A stretch of DNA of 64,000 bases, taken from assembly GCF_009914755.1 (NCBI RefSeq), contig NC_060928.1; one strand, written 5' to 3'. This stretch comes from the human T2T-CHM13v2.0 reference genome, Homo sapiens. The notes under the pieces were generated by a model. The model did no database searches. It had not been told where the DNA came from and saw only the letters and a list, made by a program, of their open reading frames with translations. Positions 1 through 17,457 of the stretch are shown in pieces; the first letter of the stretch is position 1, and every line of letters starts with the position of its first letter. A program made the position numbers and the translations under genes.

Positions 1-1624
1 TTTAAGCAAAATAATGTGACTGGTGTTTTTTTTTTTTTCATTCTCCCACACATAACGTATATGCTGTAGTTTCCAAACTCTCAGCTTGAAGTTAATACGC
101 CCCACTTTAGAGCATATTTTATGTAGATATAATTTCCATTAATAACATATGATGGTTTATCAATATTATAATTATAATGATATGTTTGTAAGCCACATAT
201 TAATAATATAATTATGATAATATAATTATTTGTGTTGTTTTTATTTTCTTTTTATTAAATAAAATTCTTAATCATGGGTCAGTTCCTTTTATCTGTGGAG
301 TTTTGGCCAACAACATGAAATAAACTTACAGATGAGCTATGAAGGGGATATTGCATTATTTTAGAGTGAGTAAGTATATACATATATAATTATGTCAATA
401 AAGCTATGGATTCGAAGGAAATAATACTTGCTGTTGGGAAAAATACTTTTTGACTATGTAGATCTCTAAAATTCTTTAATAGAATGAATGCCCACAGTAC
501 AAGTGATGCAACATTTTCTGGTTTGGAATAATAAAGGAGAATATTAAACATGGTCCTGTTGAATTTCTTACCCTTAATTACAAATGCCTAATCAATTATT
601 GGCTATATATTAAATTTCTACCTGTCTAATAAAATTACATCTTATTTTTTGGGCTCATTTCTTTTGATGTATTCTTAAGAAAGTGGATATGTTGGAACAT
701 AAAAACAGCCTCAAAACCCATAAACAACTGTGTGTAACGTCCTTGGGAAAGGTTTGTTGTTTAATTTGTTTTGAAGGAAGTAATTGATTTTCCTGGCAGA
801 TCTGATAAAAATAACAGAGCTTTGATTGTCTAATCTAGAGGTCATGTCCTCCTCAGGAATCATCAGTGCATAACTCCAATTTAAGTGAATTCAAGTTCTC
901 CTGGGACTATATTTCGATATGACTACAATATGCTACCATGAAGCTCCACTACCATAAAGTTACTCACAGAGCATAAACCAGCAATGCATATGTGTGTGTT
1001 TATGTATACATTTGTGTGTGCATATATACATATATAGATCACACAAAACAAGAAATTTCCTCTAGAAAGAATAAGTCAAATAGCAAGACAGGCATTACGA
1101 ATACTTCTTTAGTGACTTTCTATTAGTTCTGTGTGCTTCCATCCTAACCAGCTTCATTAATCCTCATGAAATTTTGCAAACTTTGATCAATAGTTTTCTT
1201 TTTAGGACATACCATATATGAAGATAGAATTTGAAAGCAAATTAATAATGCAAATAAGACTGTAAACTTACTTTTAACAAATTTTAAAATGAAATACAAT
1301 TAATTCACAGGTTTCATATATTGCAAAATTATTTCAATATATTAGAGGAAGTCTAAAAGGACTTTTAATCTGCAGCAGTTCTTAGCAATAGGTGGACTGG
1401 AAAATAATGGGAAATGAATTTATTCAAAATATTTTCCACAATTTACTTTCTAAATTAAATAGTTTATATTGTCACTTCCATTTATCCAAATTAATATAAT
1501 TTAGGAACTGATAAATTAAATAGATAATGTAGGCCTAGGAAACATTGATTCAGTAAAGCTTGTGAAATAAATATCTTTAATATCCACAATATCCTTGTCA
1601 AACGCCAGGACAAATTCAAAGGAA

Positions 1625-1790
1625 TAAACTTGTATCGACTTAGTGCTGGTCACATGATATTGTGAGCATTGCATCCAGTTCTGAGCACTATATTTGAAGA
1701 TGCACACTCTCAAATCAAAGTCATTTAAAGGAGATCAAGTGGAATGGTGAGAAATCTGGAAAGCACATCAGACTGTAGATGGCATGGTGA
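1625..1790 (+). mobile_element. L3/CR1 LINE fragment (ancient)
   Basis: 'gcatccagttctgagcactatatttgaaga...ggaatggtgagaaatctggaaa' resembles the CR1/L3 core 'gtccagttctgggcaccacattttaaga...ggatggtgagaggtctggaaa'. Confidence 0.55.
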
Positions 1791-2899
1791 AACATTTGAG
1801 GATGTAGACTCTGCTGCAGGAAATAATGGAGTTTAAAACCAAGTTCCATCACTGATTAGCGCTTGACCCTTGCAAGCTCTTCAATTCCTGTGACCATTAC
1901 TTGGGTGTTCCTCTGTAAAATTATGCTCTTCATAAATATTCATAGGTGTTCTGTGATAGTTAAGGAAATGCACATAATAAAATTAGGAAGGTATTTAATA
2001 CTAGCTAATATTATTATTTTTATATTATATTACCAAATGGCTTCTCCAAAAACAAACTCATGGTAAAATCATACATAATTTTAAAGCATTTTTAGGGGTG
2101 TCCTTATGAAAGAGATTTATTCATTTTTGGACCAGAAGGCATAACTAGAAAGTTAAGTAGAAAGCTACAGGAAAGGCAGTCGATTTACTTTATATTGAAG
2201 AAGATTCTCATAGCATGAAACGCTTGAAAATTAAATGAGCCACCCTAAAAAGCAGTGAGATCCTTAACATTACTCTTCTTTAAGCAGCAGCTGGAAGCTT
2301 ATATAGCAGGGATGTGTTAAGAGGAAATTCTACTCTGATTAAAATGTTACACTGGACAATATTTTCTCCTAATATTCATGATTCTATGACTTAATTATTT
2401 CTTAAAAGTATTGACACCAGTGTTCTTCACAAAGCGACTGTTTAATTCTGCTTGATTTGTCCAAGTAGAAGTTTAGGTTCTAGTTCAAACACAGCATAGA
2501 AAATTGGGGGAAAAGGCCAAACTGCCAATATGATCATTGAGAAATGGCTTAGGAGGCTGCCATTCTACATGTTTACAGCAACAAGGAGTGGGTACTGACT
2601 GTGATGCTGATGCTGAGAAGTTGGCTTTGGGCTAAAATAATAGATACTTTAGTTTGTCCTTTTGAATTGTTGTTAATACTTTAACATACAGAACCACACT
2701 ATAGGGAGAGTGAGAGAAAAGCAGGATAGGAGAATCCCAGGAGTAAAGTCAATTACTTCATAAAGTTCTTAAAGAGCAGAAGAAAAAAACAGGCAAGAAT
2801 GGCGGATGAAGAGCACTTTTAGGCTATTCCACAAAACAAAAGAGACTTTCCCAGTGAAGAAGATACAGAAGGAGTGGTTTAAAGGTGGAATATATGAGA

Positions 2900-3570
2900 A
2901 AAACAACTGCCACAGCCAGTCACTAAAGTCAGCTCTAACAGCAAAGCACAGTGCTGAGCTAATGACAATTTGAGCTGCAATTTAAAAAAAGTTTAGAATC
3001 CAGTTCATGGAACAGAATCAGCCATTGTATTCAGTATAGAATAGACCACATATGGGTATTATATTTAATTTTGTGCATGATATTTTAAGACAAACGCTGA
3101 CCTAGATTTGGTCTAGAAGAGAAGACGCAACACAGGAAATTGTTTGGAATCATGTCATAAACTGAATGGTTAAAAAAACTAAAGAAGACAAAGCTTTGGA
3201 AAGAGAATATAGGTCCCTTAAGATATCCGAAGGATTCTCATGTAAAAATATTGTTTCCATTACCTCTGAAGGCTGAAGGGAGTCAGCAACTAGTCCTTAC
3301 CCACAATAGAAGGAATCATCTCATGAAGCAGTTAGATTCCTTGCTGCTGAATATATCCAGGTAGATACTGGTGGATGGAAACTGAATTAGATGATGAAGA
3401 TCTAAATTCATAATTTCTATTTTAAAATAGTAGCTTGTCTCATGTAAGAGAGGTGGAGGATTAATTCTAGACTAGTGCTACTCACATGACATCCTAACTA
3501 TTAGTATTATATCCAGTTCTGACAACTATATTTAAAGAGGCACATTCTCAAATCAATTCTAGACAGTGGC
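2900..3570 (+). mobile_element. L3/CR1 LINE fragments
   Basis: 'agaccacatatgggtattatatttaattttgtgcatgatattttaaga' (~3043) and 'atccagttctgacaactatatttaaagagg' (~3511) match the same L3 core. Confidence 0.5.
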
Positions 3571-4184
3571 TCCCCATTATTTTGTAGTGATTCCAAATCT
3601 ATTTCTTGAAGCTTTCAGATATGTATAGGGTGGGAGATAGGAAATATGAATGATAAATCTGCAGATTTCTGAATAGTGAGAAGGAGGCAAAAGACTGATG
3701 GAAGTAGATGGGGAGAGGTCACTGAAAGCAACCAAGAGTGCAGTAAAATAAGATACATGGAAGAAAGGAGACAAGTCATATCAGGCCATTAGTAATATTT
3801 CATTCAACAATTGTTTATTCAAAGACTACAACATGTTCTGATGTTCTGTTCCAAACTCCAAATTGTTTTGATTGGTCTTAGAACTCTAAACAGGAGGACA
3901 TTTTTTTCCCACTCAAATATTTTTTAAACTGTTATTGCTTCTTAGTATAGCTTAAAATCTGCATACAATTAGCATGGAAAGATTTTTATTTGTTTTCATT
4001 CACCCAACATTTTAAAAAATATCTGCTTAAGAACAGTGGACCCTCATATAACTCTGTTTTGTTTCTACCTTTGTTCACACATTAGTACCAAGGGTTATGT
4101 CAACTAAGCTCTGGAGATGAATTGCTACACTAGCACTGGAAGGTAAGTCTCCCACAGTGGCTTGTTAAGACTTGTCAGCAATTT

Positions 4185-5130
4185 TATTTTACGTATACTT
4201 TTTATTGAAGTATAACATGCAAACAAAAATGTGCACACATCATAAATGTACATTGTGAAAACTTTACAAAAATCGAACACAGTAAGCTACTGACACTAAG
4301 TTTAAGAAATAGGTAATTACCAACACTTCAAAACACCCCCTCTTTGCCACTCCAGACACCGGTTCCTCATACGTAACTACTATCTTGACTATTAACACAA
4401 AAGATTCGCTTCCTCCATGTGTAAATGAAATAAAAAATACATGTTCTCTTGCATCTGAATTTTTTCACTCAAAATTTTGTTTGTGAGATCCATTCGTTGA
4501 ACAGTACACTGTTTTAATTCATTCTCATTGTTGTATAATATTCTGTGGTATATATATCACTATTTATCCATTCTATTCTTAATGGATATTTGGTTTGTTT
4601 CAATTAGAGCTATTAGGAATAGAACATTCCTATAGTTGTGATTTGATGAGCATATGGGTGCACTCTGTTGGGTATATTCATGGAAGTAAAATTTCTGGGT
4701 CATAGCTGTATATGAATTTAGCTTTAGTAAATGTCAAAACATTTTCCAAAGAAGTTGTACCAATATTTCTTTTCTTACTAGCATTGTGTAGTCACCCTAC
4801 ACCCTTGCCAACACTGGGTATGCTCAGCCTACTTCATTTTAGCCATTCTGCTCAAGGTGTTGTGGTGTCACAATGTGATCTTCATTTGCATTTTCCTGAT
4901 GAATAATCAATTTTATCACCTCCTTATTTGTTTACTAGCCATTGGGATGTTCTCTTTGGTGAAGGCCCTATTCAAATATTTGCTCATTGTTCTATTGTCC
5001 TCTGTATTTCTCCCACTCTGTGGCTTTCCTTTTCATTCTCTTACTGGTGTCTGTTGATTAACAGAAGTTCTTAATTTTTGTGTTGTTCAATTTAGCAATA
5101 TTTTTCTTTGGATTCTGCTTTTCAAATTCT
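4185..5130 (-). mobile_element. Old L1M (L1MB/L1ME-type) 3' region
   Basis: Antisense L1 3' end motifs 'ttttattgaagtataacatgca', 'tttatccattct', 'tttgcattttcctgatgaataat'. Confidence 0.75.
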
Positions 5131-5710
5131 CATTCTGTCTTCCATGAGATAAGCTTGCCAATTTTTTTAAATTATTGTTCTCATATTATTGGTCAAAATA
5201 CTTAATGTTGACAACCCAGAAAGAATTTGGATATGTGTCTAATACTGAGCCATTGCAGTTTGACTTGTGTTACATAACATGAACTAGTTTCTGGGCATAT
5301 TAATTAAGGAATTATTTATGAATTCATGGTATGTTCAAACTTTAGAAAAAACTTTGCCCTTTCAGCACTTTTGTCTTCCATTTGGTATATGGAAAAATAT
5401 ATATATTGGTAGGATATCTTCAGTTTCATTTTTTTTCTAAGGATGAAAAATTGGGGAGTAGATAATCTCACTGCATATCTATTATCAGGAAAGTTCCTGG
5501 TCATCTTTGCAGATGGAGGACCTTATTTAAGCAACATTAACCCTAGATACAACTTAAAACTCATAAATGCTTTGATGATTTCCATCAAGAATGATGGCTT
5601 GCATGGACATTAACAAATAAATCAATTTTTCAAGTTTCTATTTTCTTACATAAGTTATTAGCTCAGAAGAAGTAATGTCTCCTACCAGAATTCGAAAGAA
5701 AGTCTCTACT

Positions 5711-5917
5711 AAGTGTTAAACCAAGTGAGTTTAACACTTGATTTAAACCAATAAATGCATACTAATATTTTAAAAAACATTTATTGGTTTAAACCAATAA
5801 ATGTATACTAATATTTTAAAAGTTTAAACCATGTGTTGGTTTATACCAATAAATGTATGCTAACATTTTAAAAGTTTAAACCAATAAATGTATACTAATA
5901 TTAATTAGTACACATTA
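5711..5917. repeat. Local ~35-bp degenerate tandem repeat with embedded palindromes
   Basis: About 4 copies of 'tttaaaccaataaatgtatactaatatt'; perfect 28-bp palindrome at 5777-5804. Confidence 0.9.
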
Positions 5918-7107
5918 CCAGAAATTGATGTTAATATTTATATTGTAAGATATATTTCTGTATCTAAAATGTTAAAGATCCTTCACAATAAACTAGATAA
6001 ACTTTGTTTTGAAATTTTTGTTCTTTTTTCTATTCATTTATATACCCAATTAAATGATAGCATGTTTTCTCAGAAGACTTAATGTTTTTTCTGGATGCCA
6101 TAAAAGTTGCAAACCATCCTTTAGGCATTGAAGGAAGCTGTGTCAGTTTTAAGCTTTATAACACTAATATTTTATCATTGTTTAATACCAGTACTTGAAG
6201 CCAGTTCACAGATAAGAGATATTATTTATCCTGATTACTAAAGATGGCTGTATTTTCATTGCTATTTATTACAAGGAAAAAAAACCTATGCTCTTCAATC
6301 TGTGGTATAGATATTATTTAAATGTTTTACTTCAAATGTTTAAATTGCATTTAAGTTAAATGTAATTTAAATGTTACGATTTAGTTATTCTAAAGTTACA
6401 TGTAATCTTTCACTCAGTTCACATTTGGAAGCTGCCTAAATCCACTTTCACACAGGAAAAATAAAAAGTTGCATTATCATTTTTTTATCACAGGATTTTT
6501 CATCGTGCATTATAATTCAATTATATGCATTATTCAGGGGTTCAAAAGGAGAAAATAGTAAGCATAGCTGGGGTGGCACAGAGAAAGGCTTGCACTTTGA
6601 AGCTCACTTCAACAGTGCGCCTGAAACCTCTCAGAAACCATGAGGAACCTGCAAAATATAAATTAATGCTTGAAATCTATAGAGAGTAGATATAAGAAAA
6701 ACAAAAAGCAAAAAACTGACCAGCCTCTAGAACAATGAATCACTGAAGAATACAAAATCAGGGCAGAGACAACATTTCAAGGTCATAATTTTTAGTGCTC
6801 TCCTAGATTCACTAAATACAAATTTTAAGAGTAATTCATGTCGGCAAAGCCATATCTGATACAATGGGATAAAAGACTACTACTAATTCCAAGTTATGTC
6901 ACCATTCTATTGGATGAAGCAACTTACCTTATTAAGAGTTTATATGACATAACGTCCATTTAGTTCATCAATTATTTATTTGTTATTGCAGGCAACATAC
7001 TGAAATTGACGCACAACTGAAAAAGATATCTCCTTCCTCAACTAATTAAAAAAGGCAAGGAAGAAGAAGAAATAAAACAACTTGTAAGAAAACCACTAAT
7101 TTCAAAA

Positions 7108-7246
7108 ACTATGTATATACTATATATATATACACACACACACGTATATACTATATATATACACACACATATATATACATATATATATTTCAAAATATAT
7201 ATATACAGTTTTTGAAATATAGTGGTGTACACAATGTACACATATA
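7108..7246. repeat. (TA)n/(CA)n compound microsatellite
   Basis: Seen directly in the sequence. Confidence 0.9.
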
Positions 7247-7749
7247 TTTCAAAAGCTAGGTTATTTATATACATTCTCTCATTTAATTATTGTAATCATG
7301 AGAAAGAGGTTTTTTTTTTCTGTTATAAATAACCTGAAATTCCATATAAGTGGCATGCCCTAAATCATACAGTTAGAAAGTAAAACCTAATTCTGTCTGG
7401 CTTCAATGAACACTTCACAACATCATTTTATACCTATGATCTAAAATAAATGCCTTAAATGCTACACCAACGAAGTGCTACAATAATACAAAATAGCAAA
7501 CAGCACACGATTGTATATGAATGGTAAGATCAAGAAAGTTTTTCTGAAGGGAGGGCTCTTCCACAAGGTCTTTGAAAGAGAAGCAGGATTGGAGAACAGA
7601 ATAGACACTCTTTCGGAAAGGGGTATTAGATGAATAGAGGTGAGAAATTAAAGAGAAAGTCTTGAGAATTGATTTTTAAAAAATCAATCAAACAAAAATC
7701 TCAAACAAAATATCAGCCAAACAAAAGATCAATTCAGTAAACGTATAAA

Positions 7750-8190
7750 CAGACTCCCTTACATCTGTTCTGCCCTCCCCCCATCCTTCTACATGGCAGC
7801 CAGGCTAATCTTGAAAAACTCAAGTCTGACATCTCACTATTCTGTTTAAAACCTTCCCTGACTGCATTATCCTTTAGGGTAAAGTCCAATAAAAAACTCA
7901 CGAGCCTGCAGGATCAGGGCATCTTTCCTTTGTCACTTCACATTTTAGCCATAGGGACTCTATTTTAATTCCTTAAAACCACCATGCTCTTTTGAGCCTC
8001 AGGTGCTGTTGAACACTGTCCCCTCTGCCAGAAATGCTTTTCCCTTCTTTCTGTGCACTTGTTCGAAACCTCTTTTTCTCAGACTCTAAATTCCTTAAAG
8101 GTAGTGATCACATATTTGTCTTATCTGCTGCATTTACCAGAGCCACCTGACTCAGATTTTTATTTTTTCATCCAATACATGTAACTATGC
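7750..8190 (+). mobile_element. L2 3' fragment
   Basis: 'cagccaggctaatcttgaaaaactcaagtctgac...tgtttaaaaccttcc' is typical of L2. Confidence 0.6.
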
Positions 8191-8224
8191 ACTATGAAAG
8201 ACCCTTTAGAAACTGCCATTTATG

Positions 8225-11633
<3,409 letters not shown>

Positions 11634-13054
11634 AGAAACTGCCATTTATGGAGCCTAAAAGCCTTGGCATTGCCAGGTAACAATTCTTCCTTGTCTCAGG
11701 AAGAGATGGAATTAAAGGACTACTAACTATTGTTCTCAAGCAAGGTTTCTGGATTTCTAGGCCCCTTCCAAAAGATAGGATGGAAAGTTCTAATAAAGGA
11801 AAAGAAAATGCAATATATATTAAATCTGTTTTATACCTCTTTGTTAAGAAATTTTGATTCTTTAGTAAAGAAAAATCAAAACCAGATGAGGTAAGAATAT
11901 TGTGACTGAAGATCACCAAGAAACATTATTATCTGCCAAGTATTTTTTTCCAAGATATAATAAAAGGGGTCAGAACACTCTCCAGGAACAATTGCCCAGT
12001 TGGGCTGACAAAGTTTTGACGATGTAAGGGGCAAATTGTCTCCAACCCCATAGACAAGGTAGGGAACCCAGCTCTGGGGACCATGCAATTTAGGACCGTG
12101 ATGTCCTAAATTACAGGACATCACCTTTAAGGAAGAGAAACACACAAATAATGGGTACACTGGCACAATTTTATATAGGAAATGAAAAAATCATTAAAAA
12201 AGAAAATTTTTGGCTCAGTGTCTGCCCTTTAATTTTTTTGTGATTCTGATGCATTAAAATAAAAAAAAGAATAAAAGTAGTCCTACCCAGAGATGAGAGG
12301 CAGCCCTAATTTGGATAAGCTACGATTACCATGTGCTTAGCCTATAATAATCCTTTCATAAATATTTGTTGAATTAATAAATAGATTTATCAAGAGAAGT
12401 GATGTCAGCCTGATTGGGTATCTAACAAATGGCTTAGGCAGTAACTTGTTAAATCTATAAATACATTGGGCAGTATATAGATAAACCTTATCTAAATACA
12501 GAGTTGTTATAAAAATATTGGGCAATTTAAGTGTATTTTCAAACACTTTGTTAAATTTTTTCAAACAGACAAATTCTTACATCATGATGACAAACACTGA
12601 TGCTCAGTATTATGGTTTCAATTTACTATTATTTTGTAGTCTAAGAAGAACTGGATTTTGCTGGGATAATTTGTTTTCTGAGCCTTTTGTTTTTGTGGGA
12701 GATGGAAGAGATGCGAAGGAGAAATGATCTATTGTAAAAAGCTCCGGATATTTCTAAAAACGAGTGGCAGAGGTCTCAATTAACTTTGCTTCTTTGAACT
12801 CATATCTACCCAGGAGAAGTGAGAGACACAATGTGAAATTATAATGATTTACTCTATAGGATAAGGTCATTTATTTATTTTCTTTTCTGGTTTTGAGAAG
12901 CCTCAAATCTCACCCAAAAAAATATTTTTCATGAAAACATGACATGTTACTCCATAACATAAACAGAAAGATACTACGTTTAGTGGTATCAAGTTACCTC
13001 TGTAAGAGATCAGGTACTCTTTTATTAAAATTAATAAAAGTAATAAAAACAACT

Positions 13055-13285
13055 GACATTCACAGATTGCTTATTATGTGCCATCTCTGTACCAAGGGCT
13101 TTGTTTAGATTAATCCTCACCTTGACTCTGAGAAGAGGGTATTTTTAACAAAATTACAACCTCTTTTTACAGATGAAGAACCAAACAGAAAGTTTACATA
13201 AGCTGCTCGAGGTTACCCAAGGTAGTGCAGAGCTGAGGCCTGGTTTGTCTGATTCTATTGTACATGTTAATACTCCATTGTATAT
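13055..13285 (-). mobile_element. MIR
   Basis: 'ttttacagatgaagaacc', 'taatcctcac' are antisense MIR core. Confidence 0.65.
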
Positions 13286-13799
13286 CATAGAAATCCCTCT
13301 TTATAAAACAAGTATGGATCTATAGTATATTAATCACCTTCAATATTTCTTCCACCAACTTATTTAGAAAACAAGTTTGAACTGACATTTAAAAGAACAA
13401 TGAGAAATGTCTTTTTTAGATCATGTGAAGTGAGATATGAGGAGAGTAACCCATTCTTGGTTTCTGAAATGCAAATATTAATTTTCTAACATGAGAAAGA
13501 GTCCATTTGATATTTTAGCAAGTCATTTGAGGTCAGGACATCAAGCCATTAGGCTGAATCACTAATGAAATTGTTAGTGTTATAGGTCAAAACTGGTCAA
13601 ATATTGATAATTTCAAATGATTCAACCTAGTAGCTCTCTGTTTCTGGTAACAGTAAACAGTACAAATTAAAAATTCTATATATAAACTCAGAATTGTTTA
13701 GGGTCCAGCAAAGGGAAAGAAAAATCAGAAGGTAAGTCTCCTATATTCGAAGAACATAGAATAATGTCATACTGAAAACAACCAGGGTTAAAGTAACAT

Positions 13800-15230
13800 G
13801 CCAAATATTTAATTGTTAGATCATCATGGAGTTGTAGATGGAGAAATTTATGGAAATTTTAATAAGTACTTGGATGTGAGCTTTGAGAAAAAGAATTCAC
13901 AGAACAGAGCCATGAAGCTCTTTTAGGCAGAAGGGAAGATCATGATAAAGAGCAAACAACTGGGGACTGTCATGAAGCACAAAATGTTATAGGCCAGAAA
14001 AAGAAAGAACTGATTGGATCACTGGGTCCGTGTGATCCACAAGCAGGACAGGTTAGATGGGTTAGAGAGAAGAACTGAAAGTGGAAGGAGACACCTGGAC
14101 TTGATTCTGCCAGAAGTCATACTAGGCATCTCCAGGAGGATTGCGTTGGTAAAGTCACACATACTGGGAATACTGAATGAGTAGCAGGCACAGTGTAAGA
14201 GACTTGGAGCAGAACAATTGATTAAAGACTAGTTATATGGCCCAGGACCAAGAGTGTGGATCTGCATCATGGTGGTAAAAAAGAGAACAACATTTTGAAT
14301 TCAACATGTTGAACTAGAGACACAATTTGAAGGAAGAAGTAACAGGATTTGATTTCCAATTTAACTTTTTTGTGGAATAGAAAAGTGACTCTAAAATATT
14401 GAGCCTAAGTGATTTTTTATATGGGGGTTTATTGTTTTAAAAATAAAATGGAAAAGTGTACAAGTTTGGGGAGATAATTTATTCTAATAAATATGTAAAG
14501 TAATAATAGCTTATTATTTGCTGCTGTCTCAGACACTGACTACTAAGCAATGTGTACACACACTAATTATATATACATATATTTTTCACAATTCCTTAAA
14601 CAATATTGAAAGACAAGTATTAATCAAGTATTAATATTTAAATTTTATAACTAATAAAATACAGGCCAAAGAGGTTAAATAATTTTCCCAAAGTCACATA
14701 GCACTAAATATTTATGACTCCCAAAAACCTTTGTTGTTTTATCTATTTTACCCAAGTAGAATTTGAAATGACAGCTGAACTTTCATGTGACTGTATCTTA
14801 AACAGGGCATAAAACAGACGACTAGCGCTAGAATGAGGGACTGAATATTTGGGTTTGAAAGTCATTAGGATTCGCTGAACTTTGAAAGTGGGTCATCACT
14901 TCAGGGTTGAGGAACATGGGAGGAAAAAAAGGAAACAAAACTAAAATCTGAAAGTTACCTAGAATGAGGGACAGAAAGTAGAGAGGGGCAGGTCAAGAAT
15001 AAGACAGAACCAGAGAGAGTGCCAGAGAAGAAAGTACTAAGCTGTCTAAGTCATTTATTTAACAAGTATGTCCCCAGCTAAGGAGCAAGTGAGCTGACAT
15101 CTGAAAGGTCCACTGGAAGTTCAACAAGTGTAAAGCGCTCCGGCCAAAGGGGACTGTTTAAGTAGAACGGGAACATACTCAAAAGATGAGTGTCAAGAGG
15201 GAGCAGAGATTGGGGATAATTAGCAATGGA
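13800..15230 (-). mobile_element. L2 fragments interrupted by a MIR (~14500-14720)
   Basis: Purine-rich antisense L2 motifs; MIR 'gaggttaaataattttcccaaagtcacatagc'. Confidence 0.5.
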
Positions 15231-15371
15231 GGGGTTAGACTAAAAAAGGCAGTTTCTGCAGATATTTTGTCACATTAGGGTCCCAGCAGTTACCTACCTT
15301 TTTCTGGATCAAGTACTTTTTTTTCTGGAGCATGTGTTATCTAGTCTCTCAGTTTTTTTTCTAGGTTTCCG

Positions 15372-15797
15372 GTTATCTTGGTCAGCTCAGACTGCCGTAA
15401 CAAAATACCATAGGCTGGACAATTTGAACAGCAGGCATTTATTTCTCACAGCTCTCGAGACCGAAAAGCACAAGATCAAGGTACCATTCAGTTTGGTTCC
15501 TGGTAATGGCTGTCTTCATGACTTGCAGACAGCTGTCTTTTTGTTGTGTCCTCATACAGAAGGGAGAGAGACAGTCAGTCAGACAGACAGAGAGAGATAG
15601 AGTGCAGAAGCATAAGCTCTCTAGTCTCTTCTTATAATGTCACTAATCCCATCACAGGGACCCCATCCTTAATGACGCCATCTAATCCTAATCACCTCCC
15701 AAAGGCCGTATCTCCAAATACCATCACATTTGGGGTTAAGGCTTCAACATATGAATTTGGTTGGGAAGCGGGGAGGTCACAAACATTCCATCGATAA
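15372..15797 (-). mobile_element. MaLR solo LTR (MLT1A-type)
   Basis: 'ctgccgtaacaaaataccataggctgg...tttatttctcacag', 'tctaatcctaatcacctcccaaagg', 'ttcaacatatgaatttgg'. Confidence 0.85.
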
Positions 15798-16997
15798 TGA
15801 TCACGGAGGCAGCTTCTATTTGTACCTGACTATAAGAGGGCTGCTGCACTGGTGTTTCACTGACCTTCCCCAGAGTTTCATGTGATGGTAAACAAGACCT
15901 ATTCCTCAAAACTTCTATAATATAAAAATTGCTAATGTGATTTTTGCTAATTAGATTGCCACCCTAGAATATAAATTATAACATCAATAGAGAATCTTGG
16001 CATACCATGCCTGGCATAATGTACCTCCAAAGGTATGAAGTAATGAAAATTTGTGGGAATTTTTGGGAATGTTGAGGGAAATTGATTTCTCAACAATTTT
16101 TGACTCTAAAATTTTTGATTCTTTGGTTCTTTCTCTCTATTCTGTAGTTCTAAAATGTAGTAGAACAACAGCAGAACACAAGTCTTTGCCCCATGGGAAA
16201 ATTAAAACCCCATAGCCCTGTTTCAATTCCATGGTCATAAAATAGGGAAAAGAGAAAGTTGGTGATCTTACTTAAAAGAGAACTGCACCCCTAAGTCAGC
16301 ATGCTGGGCAATTTCCCCATTATTACCTGTATTTTCATAAACAGCAGATTTTAAGGAAGCCATATTTGCCACAGCAAATGAATTCAGGGGAGCAGCTATC
16401 TACGTGGTTGATACATTCGGTATCCTTTGTTTGGAAGTGTCTTGGTCTCCTAGCAACATCATAGGGAAATCTATCAGGGATATGAAATTAAATGGCTATG
16501 TAGGCGGAATACCTGTAGAGTGTTCAGTTCTATGAAAAGCTTTCACTAGAAATTATATACATATTGTGCAAAATGCTACAGTAACATAAGGTTAAGGTAG
16601 GAATTGTTCAACTCCCCCATAAGCAATTTAGAGTTCCAGCAATACCCAATAGCCAAGGGTCTACAGTGCACAGAAAAAAAAGAAAGAAAGAAAGGCACTA
16701 TACGAAATGCTAGTTATGTTAATTATTTATGACTATGGAGACTTTCCTCCACAAAATTAAAAAAAAATAGAAAAAAAATTGAAAAAAAGATTTCAGGGCA
16801 TCCTGATCTCCAGGCTCTTCTTTTGTTAAAACCTTCTCCCAACTTTGGGGGTAGAAGGAAGTGAAACATTTTCTCCTGCAAACCAACAAACAAATAAATA
16901 AGTTAGAAATACAAAATTCAAGAAGCAAGACTACAGAACCCTGCCCTTTTTTTAGCTACTGGCTGTAACTGCAAATCAAATCCGAGCTGTGCTGGTC

Positions 16998-17162
16998 TGC
17001 TCCCTGTTGCCTAGTTTCTCACAGAGTGTCTGAAAGACAGCTGCAGGCCGACTCCTGGGCTGCAACTCCACGATTCGGAGTCCTAGAGAAGCGGGTCCTA
17101 GGATTTGCATGTAACAAATCTGACCTGGTGATTCTTGAGAGCTATTACTTCCTGCTATAGAA
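16998..17162. mobile_element. MER5-type hAT-Charlie MITE
   Basis: 'ggtcctaggatttgcatgtaacaaatc...ggtgattct' is MER5 core. Confidence 0.55.
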
Positions 17163-17275
17163 AGTGCTCTTAATGGTGTCTGTCCCATTCCTTCATTCAA
17201 GGCCATTATCTTTCTTTGCTGGATAAGAAAATTTGCGCTTGGAAAGGGCCTATCATGTTTTCCTTCAGTCAATGT

Positions 17276-17426
17276 TGTTAGTCCAAACTGCACCATTTTT
17301 TAAACCCCCTGCCATTTTTGCAGGCCTTGGTCAAGGTGGAACATGCCACAGGTGTTTGGGCCTGAGAAACAGCCTGCCTAACCACCTGACCACAAGGCAC
17401 AGGAACATCTTTTTTCTTTTCTTTTC

Positions 17427-17457
<31 letters not shown>

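Noticed and set aside
1640-3560. Similarity between ~1640-1716 and ~3470-3556 as a local duplication
   Set aside because: Both resemble the common L3/CR1 core, so independent ancient repeat copies explain it.
5741-5900. Direct repeats with variable spacers resembling a CRISPR array
   Set aside because: The context is eukaryotic, the spacers derive from the repeat itself, and there are no cas genes.
7668-7688. 21-bp AT-rich palindrome attgattttt-a-aaaaatcaat
   Set aside because: It is short and low-complexity, and is expected occasionally in AT-rich DNA.
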